Source of the DNA: Phoronis australis
Taxonomy: Eukaryota; Animalia; Phoronida
Assembly (NCBI GenBank): GCA_002633005.1
Contig: NMRA01000576.1
Location: 180,339-244,338, forward strand
DNA length: 64,000 nt
Direction: 5' to 3'
Made by a program: the position numbers and the translations under genes. Position 1 is the stretch's first letter; every line of letters starts with the position of its first letter. Positions 40,294 through 53,875 of the stretch are shown here, piece by piece. Under the pieces are notes generated by a model. That model was not told where the DNA came from. It saw only the letters and a program-made list of their open reading frames with translations, and searched no databases.

Positions 40294-41940
40294 AAAACTT
40301 CTTTAATGTTTAACCTATAATCATGATTTTCGTATCCACGTCTTCACTGGGTGTATAGAAACTGATCTGTGCTGTTGCTTCTGCATACCATCATCCAATT
40401 TTTCATTAATTGATTTTGATGTTAGAGTTCTTTTTCCGACTTTGGTACCAGTCGCTTACCCGAACAGTGACGTCATAAGAATTCATGACACCTACCGGCG
40501 ATTGTGTGTTCTTATTTACGGGGTAAGGAACGTTTCATCCTTTGAAGTGTTGACGGATTTTTTCCCAGAGGAAAGTAAAGCTTCCTCGTTTTTAACTTTT
40601 AATACACATTCCTTGAAATATGAGTATCGAAGGATAATTTAATTAAGTTGTAAAATTGCCCATAATGAAGATGATGGCTATCAAACAGTGTGTTATTGAA
40701 ATGGAATTTGGGATGCACAACAGATTTACAGAGTTTTTCACTAATAAAGCCGGACATCGAGAATCCGAACTTGAATTTGCACTTGACAGCGTATTGCCAA
40801 AGAGGGCATGATCTAACCATCCACAAAAGATTATAAAACGGGTTTGTGAAAGCGTCTGTAAACACAAACCAACGTAGTCTGCTGGCTGTAAAAAATTTTC
40901 GACGCAAACCACTCAACATGTTGCAAAACCAATATGCTTAAGAAAACAACGTACTACACAACTTGCAATATAAATCTGAATGTCTCGTTAGCCTGTTTAG
41001 ACACTGCAACAATTATGTAACAATTTTTTTTGAAGTCCAGTTGTAGACAGGTTGGATTAAGCATTTTCTCACGCTTTGCTTTGACAGCACATAACTAGCC
41101 CGAGAGTAATCCGCAGTTTTGCGTACGGTACACAGGTCTTCTATAAAATGACGCAAATGTTCATGAAATATCGGGCGCGCCCTGTTGCAGCATTTTTGGT
41201 TGCGTACTTCATCTGTACATATATCTCATTGGGGTATTATGAAACTTTGATTTCCATTCAGCTCGCCAATGAAGCCTCCAAAGGCGGTACCAGTGGACAA
41301 TGAAAAACTGTAAATGTCATTTAAAACTTTTGGGAGTTTTCGGGAGTTGAATGGAGCGGTCTTAAAAACCAAAAGTACGAAACCAGTAGACATGGGCAGG
41401 TGATGATCTTTAAAGCTGCGAATAAGTCAAACGAAACTGACGAAACGAGCTTCGTAATGTTTCGGTCACATGAAACTTCCCACCAAGTTTGACAACTTTG
41501 GGGACGTATAATGACCGATGGTTTGGCGCCAGTATGGCGTCGGTGTCAAATACCACTCAATCGTTTATACTATTCTGGTGAAAATGACATCGTTGTGCTA
41601 GGTTTCCATTACAATACGATAAATATTGTTCTCCCGGTGATAACATAATATGCCAAGAGTTTCCTTCCGCGCCTCTTGACATTGTGGCAAATCCTTGACG
41701 TTTCCTTACCCTGTAAATGAAAACACTCAATCGCCGGCAGGTGTCAGGCATTGATCTGACGTCACTGTGCGGGTAACCGACTGGCCACAAAGTCGGCAAA
41801 AGAACTCTGTTTTCAATGGCAAATTATTAATAATTGCATGAAAGTATGGCAGAATTACCAGCACAGATTTAATTCTATACGCCATGTTAACATGTGGATA
41901 CTAAAATCATGATTCTATGTTGAGAATTAAAGAAGTTATG
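40294..41940. repeat. ~240-bp diverged inverted repeat pair
   Basis: 40294-40535 (aatcatgattttcgtatccac...cagtgacgtca...ccggcgattg...gtaaggaac) matches the reverse complement of ~41697-41940. Also visible as the similar spurious ORFs 40442+ and 41557-. Confidence 0.8.
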
Positions 41941-42710
41941 ATGGTTTGAAGTGGGACTACTCCCGACTAGTTCCCTATCCTCCTTACGTTCCATAGCAGA
42001 ATAGGAATGCCTGCGATGGACAGGAATTACAAAGTATTTTTCAGTGTGGTTAATCAGAGTGGCCGGGAAAGTTGGCCTGCGAGCTGCCACTTGCTCTGTC
42101 TGCGCAAGACCTGCTATGCGGAGTCTTAAATCACTGTGTTCGTCCACTGTAACAATATCTCATGCAACCATAGATATTAGTATAGAGATTTGCGAATCAG
42201 GGAAGTCTCGCGGCCTAACGCAAAAGTACGTGAGCAGGATTCAAAACTTCCGGTCTCATGGCTAAGCATAGTAACGAAGGTGAATTTTCATTTTTATTTC
42301 GCGCACGTCAGGCAAATTTTTGAGTTTGAAATTAATTCGTTGTGTTTAATGCAAACTGAATCGCGTATGCGAGCCATTCAAGTCGAATTATTGGTACGAA
42401 ACGTGTCGGAATTAACAAGTTGTTGATCGGCCCGCTTGCTGGCACAGTTCAACACACGAATCGAGGAGTTTGGCCCAATGAAGAGATTGAGCTAAATGGA
42501 TAATTCTTTTTAACAGTTGAATTCTCAGTCATTTACGATGATATTTAGTTTAAGTTTTGTGATTTTGTATGAATTTTGGATCGGCCTAAATGCAGTTTCC
42601 CATTCTTTAGTCATTCTTTGCAGTATTTCACACCCGCCGTGTCTCACTGTGTGTGCCGTCAGCTTATACTCTGTGGTGGCATTACTGCGTCATTTTATCT
42701 TCACTTGAGA

Positions 42711-42762
42711 ATGAAACAAGTATGTTTCGAAATATCGTGTGTCTTTTTAATTATGTCGTTAG
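42711..42762 (+). CDS. Possible signal-peptide exon of a third unit
   Basis: MKQVCFEISCVFLIMSL-G|gtcagt, phase 1, compatible with the WSC pseudo-exon acceptor at 48946. Read-through gives a signal-peptide-like ORF to 43034. Confidence 0.25.
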
Positions 42763-43201
42763 GTCAGTTACTGTATCTATGTTCAGCAGAGAGTAGAGTT
42801 TTGTTCAGAAAGTATGAACGCAACGGAATAAAGACCGTGAAAAATGAAAAGTGTCGTGTATTCAACAAATTCTGTATAACAGAAAACTTGCTCCCGAAGT
42901 ACAGTCAATTCGTCAATATGTTTACTATACATAAGGCATGGTTTACCAATATATCCAAAATTAAACAAGAGCGAATTTTTTATGATTTTCAGGAGCTCAT
43001 ATATATTAGCATGATGAAAAGTGGTGGAAAATGAAAAGTATGCCATCGAAATATTAAAACTTTCTTCTTTATATTGATATCCGTTTCAACAAACGGGGGC
43101 ATTCATGAATATTTTTAAAAATCGAAGTACTGCAGCACTTGAGAATGGGATAAATTTTCAGTAAATGGCTGTTACTGAATCGATTTTATGATATGTATAT
43201 C

Positions 43202-43357
43202 CAGGGGCGGATCCAGGATTTTGCGTTAGGTGGAGCAGAGCAGAGTATTAGCCAGGATTTTGTCGCTCAGACATTGGCACTCCCGACCTGCCAAATGGAA
43301 TCTGGGGGAATTTTAGGGGGGTGTATCCCTATTGGCCCCCCTCTAAGTCCGCTATTG
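43202..43357. mobile_element. Short hAT-like MITE
   Basis: CAGGGGCGGATCCAGG ... cctctaagtccgctattg imperfect TIRs. Confidence 0.5.
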
Positions 43358-44432
43358 ATGTCAAACTGCTGCTAAAACATCTGCCTTAAGTGTACACTTT
43401 TATTTGTTTTTTTTTTGATAAAGAATGAGAAAATGTAGTTTTTTCTAATTTAATGCCTTTTCAATTTCTAACCTGGAAAAATCCTGCAAGTGTACTCTTC
43501 CAAAAAGGTAAATTCAATTTGATTGGTCAAATGGATTAAACAGAACCAGTCAAATCTTCCCTAAATTACATAAAGTGACCCGAATTGGTGAAATATTTTC
43601 ATTATAACAGTACAGAATATTTTTAAAATTCAATTTATCTTTAGTTTTGGGAATAGATTCAGTCTATTTCTTCATAAATAATTTTGTTACATGTTTTCTA
43701 CCTTGTGGTGCTGTGATCAGTTTCATTTAAAAAAATATATATTTTGTATTAAAATATGTGTTTATTCATGGCTGCAGTACATCAAAACCGTTTAAAATAC
43801 AAGTGTGCTCTTTTTGGATGGTCACTAACACAACGCCTCTCAATTCTTATATTATAGGACAGGAATGAAATTGATTTAAATTCCATTAAAATTTTATTGT
43901 CTAATTTAATTTTGTTTAATTAAAAATGCACATGATCATTTTATCATGTGGTCCGTAACTTAAGATTGTAAAAGCATTGATGATCAATGATACATAATGT
44001 ATAGAAGTAAAATAAATGGATCCATGAAGAAAGGAAGCGCTTTTTTAAGTGATAGTGGAATGTATATTTTGACGCGGTGAAACTCAAAACCAGTGGCCGG
44101 ATTTGGCCAGACGAAATGGTACAGAAAGCGATGGGAAGTATTCTAGCCCCTAACCGTACAACCGAGGCGCTACGTGTTGACTAGCCCATGTCCTACCAGC
44201 CCCGTTGATAGCCTTTATACCTCGCCGCCGGGTCTCATCCCCAAAGCAGACGGCGATTGTCACAAGAAATCCCAATTATACCCAGGGAAGGGGTGAAATG
44301 GCGAGGGATTGGTTTGGGTTTGAGGGATCGAAAGAAATCAGCCGTTAGAGAATCCATCTGTGGCTACAAATAATAAATAAGGGAAGTATCGTTTGTCCAG
44401 GGCAATTGACGACGAACGGGAAGGAGTCTACT

Positions 44433-45048
44433 AGGTATAAACTTGTCTAATTAGGAAAACTTACGAGTGAATGTACTGTTGCTTGAGGTTAGGCCAAAAG
44501 GAAGCTGGAGAGAAAGAACAAACAGCGCAACCATCGGACTTTGTAGAAACTAGTCAGGAGTCGGATATGAAGCATGAAGTACTCTGTAATGGTATTTGCC
44601 CAAATAATAGGATTACATGTTTGTGCCGAGAGCTGTTGCCGGGGTGGAGAGAAGCAACCTGCAGTAGTGGATGCTCGAGTACAGGTCGGGTCGCTAGCCA
44701 GTGACGTCGATTCTTGCCTGACAGTTAAGGCTCCGGGCTTGAAGAAGGTACTAACAGTGACTTTAAAACAAAATAACCAACAGCACATTTTGTTCGACAA
44801 AAGGGAGGGAGCGTGAAAAAGGTATAAATTGGTTGACTTCGTATACCCAGGGTAGGGAGTTTAGGAGAGGTATAAAATGTCTAATTTAGGAAACTTATGA
44901 GTGAATGTACTGTTGCTTGAGTTTGGGCCAACAGGAAGCTGGAGAGAAAGAACAAACAGCGCTACCATCGGACTTGGTAGGAAATAACTAGGAGTTGGGT
45001 ATGAAGCTTGATGGGCTGTGTAATAGTATTTGCCCAAATAATAGGATT
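44433..45048. repeat. ~180-bp direct repeat, period ~435 bp
   Basis: aggtataa...gagtgaatgtactgttgcttgag...ggaagctggagagaaagaacaaacagcgc...tatttgcccaaataataggatt at 44433-44614 and 44868-45048. Confidence 0.9.
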
Positions 45049-45476
45049 TAAGTCAGAGTGCCATGAATCTCATTGTTAAACATAGGCAAAATATTATTTC
45101 GGGCGTCAAATTTGTATTGCCTACATTTAATTAAAACGCCCCTCACGAAGGCGGCTAAAACTGTGGCTTCATTATTTAATGTAGATGCCTCGTCACAGGG
45201 CAGCCAAAGAGCGGCCTGTTACATTAATATAGAAGTCCCTGCCCCATTATATTGCTACAGTGACTGAGCAAGCATGCTATACTTCATTTTAACGCTCTCG
45301 GTATCTCGAGATCCCTTCTTAAACGAGCATGTCTTAAAAACGATGTACATGTATTTTACATTTACATAAATCGACCGTTCCTGTCCAACTGTTTTACATG
45401 GCAAACAGAAAAATGTGTGGATATTAAAATTTAGCATGTGCTGTTATGAGATATCACCGTTCAATTGGAGCAAATC

Positions 45477-46697
45477 TAGTTACTCTGCGCGGGTAAGCGC
45501 AGAGTACTGTTGTTCCTGGGTTTTCTTCAATTTTGTTCTTCTTAGTCTTCTTATTCTTATTCTTCTTCCGACCATTTTTAAGCCTTAAGAACTCCTAATT
45601 GGGTGCAGGTACGGTCTTCAAATTCAGCATATGACTTTTGACAGTTTATAAATTTTATTGGTTAGCTAATCATATTCCAAATTGCACCGGAAGAGGTCGT
45701 TTGGTGCAAAGGTCATATAATTTTCAAAATGCTACTCCTGCTTCACTTATAAAGCTATCTTTTTCAAATTCGGTGCACAGGTATAAGTCACCAGGACAAT
45801 TTAAAAAATTACTTTTCTAAGTAATCGGGTCATCCAATCAGGTGAAATAGGTCAAAGGTCATTAGGTACAAACTAAAATTTTGAGTAGACACTTCAAATT
45901 GACAGGTCTGATTGTTACAGCTAAATCAAACATGAATCCATTTTTTATTTATTAAGCCAACATGATTCAACTATTTACCATAATAAGTAACTTAAAATGC
46001 ACAATACTTTACAAAATTTAAGCACTAAAAACACTATTCAACAGCACAAGTTCCCATGATGTGAAAGTGGACATACATGTAACCTTTTATCATGGTGACC
46101 GAATAGTGTTTCGTTACACCAGAACTTGTCAAGCCTGGTTTAAAAAAATATGAAGTTGCAAGGAACAAGAAGTGGAGGCTTGAAGTCTCACAATCCAACA
46201 TAGCTTATTTCTCTAATTAAGATTCTTCTTATTGTTCACTGGACAACCTGAATTAAGAAAGCACTAAGTTAAAAACATGACTTGAAAGCAATTTAGACTT
46301 AAAATTTTGAAAAAATGTGAATCATTTTGTGACACCTAATCAAGGCTTGAAAAGCAATTGACTGTCAAAAAACTTTTCAAAATGATTTAAGCTATTTTTA
46401 GCTTGGTGTAAGATCACCTGAATGGGAAATTCACAGTAAAATAATAATATATCTTATACTTTTTGCGCAAGAACACAAAAATTGAACAAAGTTCCTTTTT
46501 TGTAGCAACTTTTTTAAAAATGTATCAACGTAAATCTTCACAAATTACAAAGTAAAACGATGAACATTCCCTCCAGTTCAGCAAAAGTCGCCATGATTTC
46601 GGTGCCGCCAGAAATGAGACTAAGCCCACTTAATAAGTAACAACTGCGAGGCTGAAATTTGATGAAAACTGTTGGATACCCGCAAACTAGTAACTAA
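45477..46697 (+). mobile_element. Helentron/HINE-like non-autonomous element
   Basis: 5' hairpin TACTCTGCGC-gggtaa-GCGCAGAGTA followed by a (ttc/tta)n microsatellite. An imperfect inverted copy of the 5' end (acccgc...agtaacta) lies at ~46678-46697. Confidence 0.45.
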
Positions 46698-46758
46698 AGA
46701 TGTGTTTCATTAAATTTCACCGTAAATTGTTGGCAAAAACAATTTACACAAAGTTTTA

Positions 46759-48392
46759 TGGAGAATGCCATCCAAAAATTAACCTACATTGTATCAATTT
46801 AGATGGAGTAGTTCAACTCAATAACGGCAAGTTCGGTTGCGTAACCTGACGCCTGACGGCAGACGGAGGTGTTGAAATTATCCCATGACGTATTTGGTTT
46901 CACACGCAGTCTGTTCAGCAGTTCACAACACGGGTTAGTTGTGTCAGCCCATCGCTTGAATTCATCGTTTAACACCAATAAATCCTCAAACTTCGATATA
47001 AAACAATTAACAATATACCGAATTCTTATAAAAACGTGTTGTTTTATCTTGATGTTACGGATTTACTGGTATTTAGGCACACCGTAGCCAATTTACTTAG
47101 GTCCTTAGCAGGGGATTGGGGTCTGTTCGGAAATAAATTCAAAATATTTTTCCGTGAAATACAGACCGGAGAACCTTGATCTTTGTTATTTATACTTGTG
47201 ATTTTTTTTAGTTCTTAAGACAAAAAACGCTCGTTATCCCGGCCAGTGGCTCGGAACACGGTCAGGCCCGTCGCGGCCGTACTGACTCGTTATCCAGGTC
47301 ACTGGCTTGGAACCCGATCAGGTCCGTTGAGGCCGCCGGGACTGGCATGAACATAAACCAGCTTGAGTTGGAAACTAAACCTCCAGTCACGAAAAAACTA
47401 TTGTAGTGAGCCAAAGAAATAATGTGCACGATGTTATTCGTGTAAATTAGCCACGGAACTAAAAATCAAATTACTTGTCAGGGGCCGCGAATTCGGTTTC
47501 TCCTTCCACAGACCGTCACGGCCAAGGTTGTACAGTAACGATGATCGAGTAATTGTTTCACAACAGCTTTCTGTCAACAAACACTGAATTAGCATGCACT
47601 CACACGGTGCCCGATCAAATACCTTTGGTGCCAGCATCAAAAGCCGGTAATGCAGTGGTTTATTCATGGCTGGATTATCAATACATTTGCACTCACGAAT
47701 ACTCAAAAACATTATAAATTGTATCTAATGATACAGACTTTGTTTCAGTTTGTATAAACATTGGTTAGGATGAGGATAATTAATTTTGAAGCAGAACGCA
47801 GAATAATAAACGTATTATATGTCAACTCCCCCGGTGCCAATCCCGACATAGTCAACAGCTCATCCGACGAAGTTTTCACGGGTCGGATCCTTAGGTTTCA
47901 CACGCTATCAGTTCGATCTCCAATACACTGATCTCTAAATAAGAAAAAGGTGCTGCCAACATCCACAGGCAACGGAACGTATGGAGAGTTCAATGGTAAG
48001 CCGGAATTTGTCAGATAAATCACTGTCCGGTGACGAATTGCCGGCCATAGACACCGAGATGTTGCACCGCCTCATATTTGCTATTAACAGCGTACTTTTC
48101 ATTCTTCACTTCCGGGAGCCACTTCATAAGTATTTCGGACTCTCGAGGAAGTTGCAAAAACGATATACCCGCTTTCTTCGCAGCTTCATAGTTCGAAAGC
48201 GTGAAGGATGCACTGCAATATATTGACATTCACTCTGCAGATAAACCACTGACGTAGCTGCGTCGTTTCTTACTTTCTTCAAATGTTAACGCGACACCTC
48301 TCGGCAAGATGAAGTCGACCCTATCAGATGCAAAGTGGATATAGGCCGATTAAGACGGTAAAAAGAATAATTAAATCGAGTGACACTCTCCT
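46759..48392 (-). mobile_element. Kolobok-type DNA transposon (THAP relic), copy 2
   Basis: ttta|tggagaatgcca ... cactctcct|TTAA. THAP-like ORF 48020-48229 (YCSA...ISFLQLP...KWL...VYGRQF). Colinear with 20218-22047. Internal ~57-bp tandem duplication at ~47228-47345. Confidence 0.8.
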
Positions 48393-48945
48393 TTAAAATG
48401 AAACTAAGCCCTGTTTCGATGATTCCAACCAATTTTTGTCACCTGCTAAGCCATCACTAGTGCTACTTACGAAATATAATGAAACTATTTGATTAAAAGT
48501 CATAGGCTCCCAACCTCACAAATTGGACATATTGGTCCTTAGTGGGTGGTGTTTTCCCGAACTGGCCGTGTTATTCGCTACTGCCCAATTAGTAGACTTT
48601 GAGAGGAGTTTCTAATTCTCTTCAAATTTTTGAGGTCCGTCGAAAGTTACAAACCATCATCTTGTTTCAGGAACTAGTTTGGAAAAACGGTCTTTGTATC
48701 TGTTATAAAAAAACACTTCTGTTTTTTTTCTAAAATGTTGGTGTTTTACAAGCATACATTTTGAAGAACGATTGCCCATTTGTTTGGAGAATGAGATCGG
48801 TTATTCGCCTAGGAATTATTAGGAAATCTGAGTTCAGAAATGACTCTTGCTTTGCCATTACCAAACAGGATTCTTACCTTGTCTGAGTCAACTTAACATT
48901 TGCACTTGTATAATAATGTACTAAAATGGTTTTCTGTAAATTCAG

Positions 48946-49309
48946 TTGAACGTCATATTGCGCAAAGCTTCAACGGCTGCTATCGACACATTGTTATACC
49001 CGAAGGACGTTGAGGGCTTCACGATGCTTACAACTAAGAACCGTAAGCGGCCAAGAGAGCACGAATCGTGGTTCATGTCATCAAAGTTAACGCTAGAAGT
49101 TTGCTTACAATTTTGTCGACAGCGCCAGTATAATGTAGCTGCTATGCAGTATGGAAATAAATGCTCCTGCGGAGATAAAGTAAACCTTGAGGCAGTTTCC
49201 TCATGGATTCTACCGATTACAACACGCTGTGCAGTGGAAATCAGCTGGAGATCCGTGGGGATCTGGACTAGTACTGATTATGACCGTTTTTGATAGATAT
49301 TTTCCAAAG
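48946..49309 (+). pseudogene. Decayed WSC exon (type 3-like)
   Basis: ttcag| acceptor. Phase-1 frame ERHIAQSFNGCY...*; second frame LTLEVCLQFCRQRQYNVAAMQYGNKCSCGDKVN; third segment MDSTDYNTLCSGNQLEIRG (two Cys lost). Ends aaag|gcatg instead of GT. Confidence 0.75.
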
Positions 49310-50039
49310 GCATGCTTTTGTTTTACTTTGATGTATTTGATATTTTGAATAGAATTATCTTTGGTCATTAGTTTCGTGTCATCTTTACGCCAGTCACGGT
49401 TTACATATGTCCTTGAGTGCCAGTGTTGGAAATCCACGTTGGTCTAGAAGAAGAAGCGTTTTTACATATTGCACTCTTTAATACTTTACAGGTCATTCAG
49501 GTGCATTTTGGATCACATCCATGTGATCAATGGAGTTAGATTGGAAATTGTTTGAAGCACCATGAATATGAACCCTCTTGCTAATGAATAATGTAAGAAC
49601 AAACCCATTGAAAGAATCAGAGCAGTGAACTTAATGACTCCAAAGTTAAACCAATTGACCCCAAAATTTGTGAGTGAACTCTTTTCAAGAATGGATACAA
49701 TATGCACGATTTTGAAAGGCGTAGCTCAAAGATCACGTTTGCACTTCATGACTTTTGACCCGGAAACTCGGTTTCCTTGATCTGATTGAAATTGCAAGTA
49801 AATTTCGGATGAGATTCTATAGTTGTAAATAAGATTCGAAAAGTATCACAAAACCTGTAAATGAAGCATTATAACGGAATGCAATCCTGGGCCCCTTTTT
49901 GTGTCATTCTGGTGCATTTTGGGTCATAAAAATATAATCAACAAAAATCCCTTGGCTACCGTATTAAACAAAATGAATACGGTTGTTGTATAGGAATCGA
50001 AGAAACCGTAAGAGCAATCTGAAAAAGAACGAAGCGTAA

Positions 50040-50346
50040 GAATAAGAATGAGAACAATAAGACGAAGAATGCGTAGAGCAGTAAAACAGCACTGCACGTG
50101 CACAGTGATAAGAAGATAAAGTGGGTAGAACAGCAAAACTCTGCACATACAAGCGCAGAGTGATAAGAAGATAAAATACGTAGAACACTAAAAGTCTGCT
50201 CTAGCACGCGCAGGGTAATAAGAAAATAAAATACGTAGAACAGTAAAACACTGCACGAGCACGCGCAGAGTAATAAGGAGAATAAGAATAAGAAGGTAAA
50301 ATAAGTAGAACACCAAATCTTTGCTCAAGCTCGCGCAGAGTAGTAA
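50040..50346 (-). repeat. Tandem ~55-bp units formed from the 5' end of a HINE-like element
   Basis: About five units of ataagaagataaaatacgtagaacagtaaaacactgcacgagcacgcgcagagt; the gcgcagagta motif is shared with the hairpin at 45481. Confidence 0.75.
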
Positions 50347-51239
50347 TCTCCCTTCTGCACGCCGACGGCATCTGGCATCCCCATTCCTACTGCGAGCGTA
50401 TGTTAAGTCTCTGTCACCTAGTGCGGGTTAATTTTTAATCCCATACCCTTAATATTTCGGGCAGACTTATTCTCGCCAAACGGTCGTGATCGTTTGCTTC
50501 GCATAGAGCCGGAATCAGGGATCAATGCGCGCATAATTCACGTGCTATGCTCTGTCATCTATAGTGAAGACAACTGAATTATTTCGTCATGTGCGTGTAA
50601 ATGTCAATCCTGCACTGCATGGGCTTCACTTTCATGTATTGGTCAGTGTCCGATTTTTATGAATAGAAATGGCAACTCATAGGAACGAACTTTCGGAAAT
50701 GTTCTATACCGAGATAAGATTCTGAGACTGAAATCAAGGGAAATAGACTGCTCCGGGCCCGGTGTAACACATTTTAGAGTCCATCAGTGTCAAAAAAGGA
50801 AGATAACGCTATGTTTCGTTGTTTCAAATCGACTGCAGCAGCAACAGGAAGAAAAAACACAGAAGTTTTTTGTTTCCAATAACACAATAGGAAACACATT
50901 TTAGGGTCATATCGTACATTTTATTCCAGGTTTATTTCACCAACATAGTCTGTCAGTCAACGTGCCAGATTGTCTCATGATCACAAGTGTTCTTAAAAGT
51001 CTGACTGAACTGTGGCAATTTTCTTAAACAGCTGCTAGCGGAGAAGTATACAATGATATTTCAATATTCTCCGGACTTCAAAAACTAACATACAAAACTT
51101 GGTGAAAAAGGAACTGGTCACTCAATCAGCCGCGATGCGTGACCCACATTTTCTGTAAATCCTTAAGTTCAAAATAAAATTTCAACGACAGCTTTGGGCT
51201 TTTTAACGGCAAAAAGGCAGTGAAATTACACAACTAAGC

Positions 51240-53479
51240 ATTATATCTTCGTATTCCAATCACTTGTTTGGCAGCCAGTTCCTAAATTTACATAAGCTAT
51301 GCTTGTGCTCTCACCCTGTTGGCGGCACTGTTTATCGAAGCGGTGTATATCAGCTACATGTATACTATTGTGTATACATGTTATTTCCATAGAGACGCAC
51401 ATATCCATATCACCACCAGTATGGGTGGCATGTGCATTTTATAAAGCTATCGCTCCATTTGCAGCAGATGAATATGTCACAATATCAACATCAGCTTTGG
51501 TCACGACGTCATTAACCTCACACATATCGACTCCTAACAGATAGAGAGGCACAACGGCACAAGCACAGTCATAATTAGATCAGAATGCCGATGTTACCAA
51601 AATGGGTCGTGTTTCATCGATTCCCTTGCACTGTTCAACCTTTCTGTGTTGACATGCATGAGGTTTACCGGCTCAGTGACAGTATGTCCTTAGACTCTCT
51701 GGTTTGACACAGCGATTGTCGATGAAGTTGTCCAAGGAAGTCTGGACCAGTCAGGGATTTTAAGCCAGATATTAATTCACGTTTTTTTCTAAAAAACAGA
51801 CGTGAGATTAAACCATTATGACATTATTTTTTTGAATTGGCGTAAAAAGTGTGAATCGGTGTGAAAACGTGTGAGTTAACAGACTGCGTATACATGTATG
51901 ATTCACGAGCGATCTCAGTTAAAAGGCTCTGGGCACGGTTGTATAGAACCAAACCATGAATCTATAGGGACTGCACCTTTTAAACCGTTTTCTGCAACCT
52001 GATGTAAATAATCACCGTTTTGTTTCAAAGTGGAATAGTTATTATTATATACACACGAAAAATGAAGTATCTGAGTGACTAAAAAGATGCCTTCATGTTC
52101 AATGCAATGTCCTGTGGTAGAGGATATTTTTCTGCGTACATTTCTGTTATTGTAATAACAAATAAACATATAGAAACGATAGAATTTTACAACCTGTCCA
52201 GCCTCCAGCCGTTGACTAGATAACTGAAATGTACTTGTATGTATTCATAGTTGTGAATTCTAGACTAGGCCTTAGAAGGAAGTCAAAAAGAAAGTGAAGG
52301 CTTGAAAATCCGTTTGAATGTTTCTTTTGGATAAGAATAAACATCACTGAAATCCTTCAACGAGTGATGTTTACACCCCCGCACACACGGACACGCACAC
52401 ACCTGTGACATAATTGGACACGCAAACTTCAGGTTCTACAAGTTGTTTTCTTTTACAGACATCTTTTAATTAAGTATTACATACATGTGTAACGCGTCTG
52501 GGTTACGGCACTGGGGATGTATATTTTGCGAAACCGTTAGCTTAAGATCGATAACTCATGGAAATGCCTGGAAGAGAATAGAGAAGATGGATTGCTTTAT
52601 ATATTAGTATTATTTATGGCTACAATCATTCACTGAATTGCAATCCGCAACTGTGACCACATATCTTGTAGGCTTTGGGACAATTCTTCGCAGTGTAAGT
52701 GTTGGTGACCTGCATGGCTATATTTCCCTTTAACAGCCCAAAAGTGACGGCTTGCATTGTTGTCCTTCAAACTGCAAAATGAAAAGGAAATTGGCGGCCT
52801 CTTACTTGACAACTTCAATTTAACGTGTAAAATACACGCTGCACGTGCTAGATTATATTAACTGAGTGGCTACCACAGAGTGAAATTGGGCCTAGGGACA
52901 ATTCACTGATGGGTAGCTTGGGGCTGCCTCAAATAACTGTAGCTGAGACCTTTCGGTGTGCACAAAACAAATAAAAATTCGATAAACTAAAAATCAGCTA
53001 TGATTTTGTTGATGCAAGCAGCTAACCTCGTGCGCCATTGAGGGTATTTCAAAATCACTTTTTATAACACGGGCCAGAAGATCAATTACTTGGTGGCTGG
53101 AGAAATCGTGAGACACAGAGTTTGTCCCAAAACGTAGACATGTCAACGATTGGAGCTCAAATACAGATAGCTTGGATTACACAGATTCTGCGCAGGCCTA
53201 CTGCATACACTGTATCATTGTTATTTTTAACGAGGGTGCATCAGTGAGGACGCGTTCTGTCTGTGTAGTATGTCCGGAAATGGTAATAATACACAAAGAG
53301 ATTGGCCACTTGAATGTCACAAATGGTCCCCTTCGTGGAAAGGGCCGCAAAATATGAAAAGATACGAATTTTCAGAGGTCAGGAAATGCATATTAATTGA
53401 TGTTAAGTGATTGATAATTTCGAGAACAAAACTCAAAAACAGAGCGACAGTTGTCTCTGTTATCCCTTGCAGAGAAGAG
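51240..53479 (-). pseudogene. Probable decayed CUB/C-type-lectin region of gene B
   Basis: ttattcag| acceptor near 53480. SSKRPPISFSF resembles RSRKPTSFRF, which precedes CLEC1 in gene A. F*SNYDC...DMCE (~51500-51590) resembles a CLEC end. Many stops; interrupted by other repeats. Confidence 0.35.
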
Positions 53480-53875
53480 CTGAATAAATGTATTTTTGCA
53501 GTACCAAAATGGTCTTACTCAATTTAACATTTTCTCGATTTTTGAATACATTTGTCGATTATTAAGTGCCCGTTTTCAGGTACGTTTAGACTACCCATGC
53601 TGCAAAAATTGGGACCCTAACAAAGGGTAAACGATACCCTGAAACTAAGTTGTCAAGTGTTCTCTTGAATTTTCTGTATGATCCCAATTCGCAGTTTTTT
53701 TTTCTGCTCTCCGTGACCTCAAGATTATGTGTGTTGGCACGCCTTAGGCCTATCTCTAACGCCTGCATTTTTTTTGGGAGGGAAACGTACTCCTTCCAGC
53801 CCTCAGCTTCCTACCGCCGTGATTTGATGTTTATTCCATCTAATTATAACAATAAGTGCATGTAAGCGTTGTTAC

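Noticed and set aside
50040-50346. CRISPR array or coding repeat (ORFs 49924-50207)
   Set aside because: Whole units are homologous with no spacers; the hydrophobic ORFs are by-products of a purine-rich repeat.
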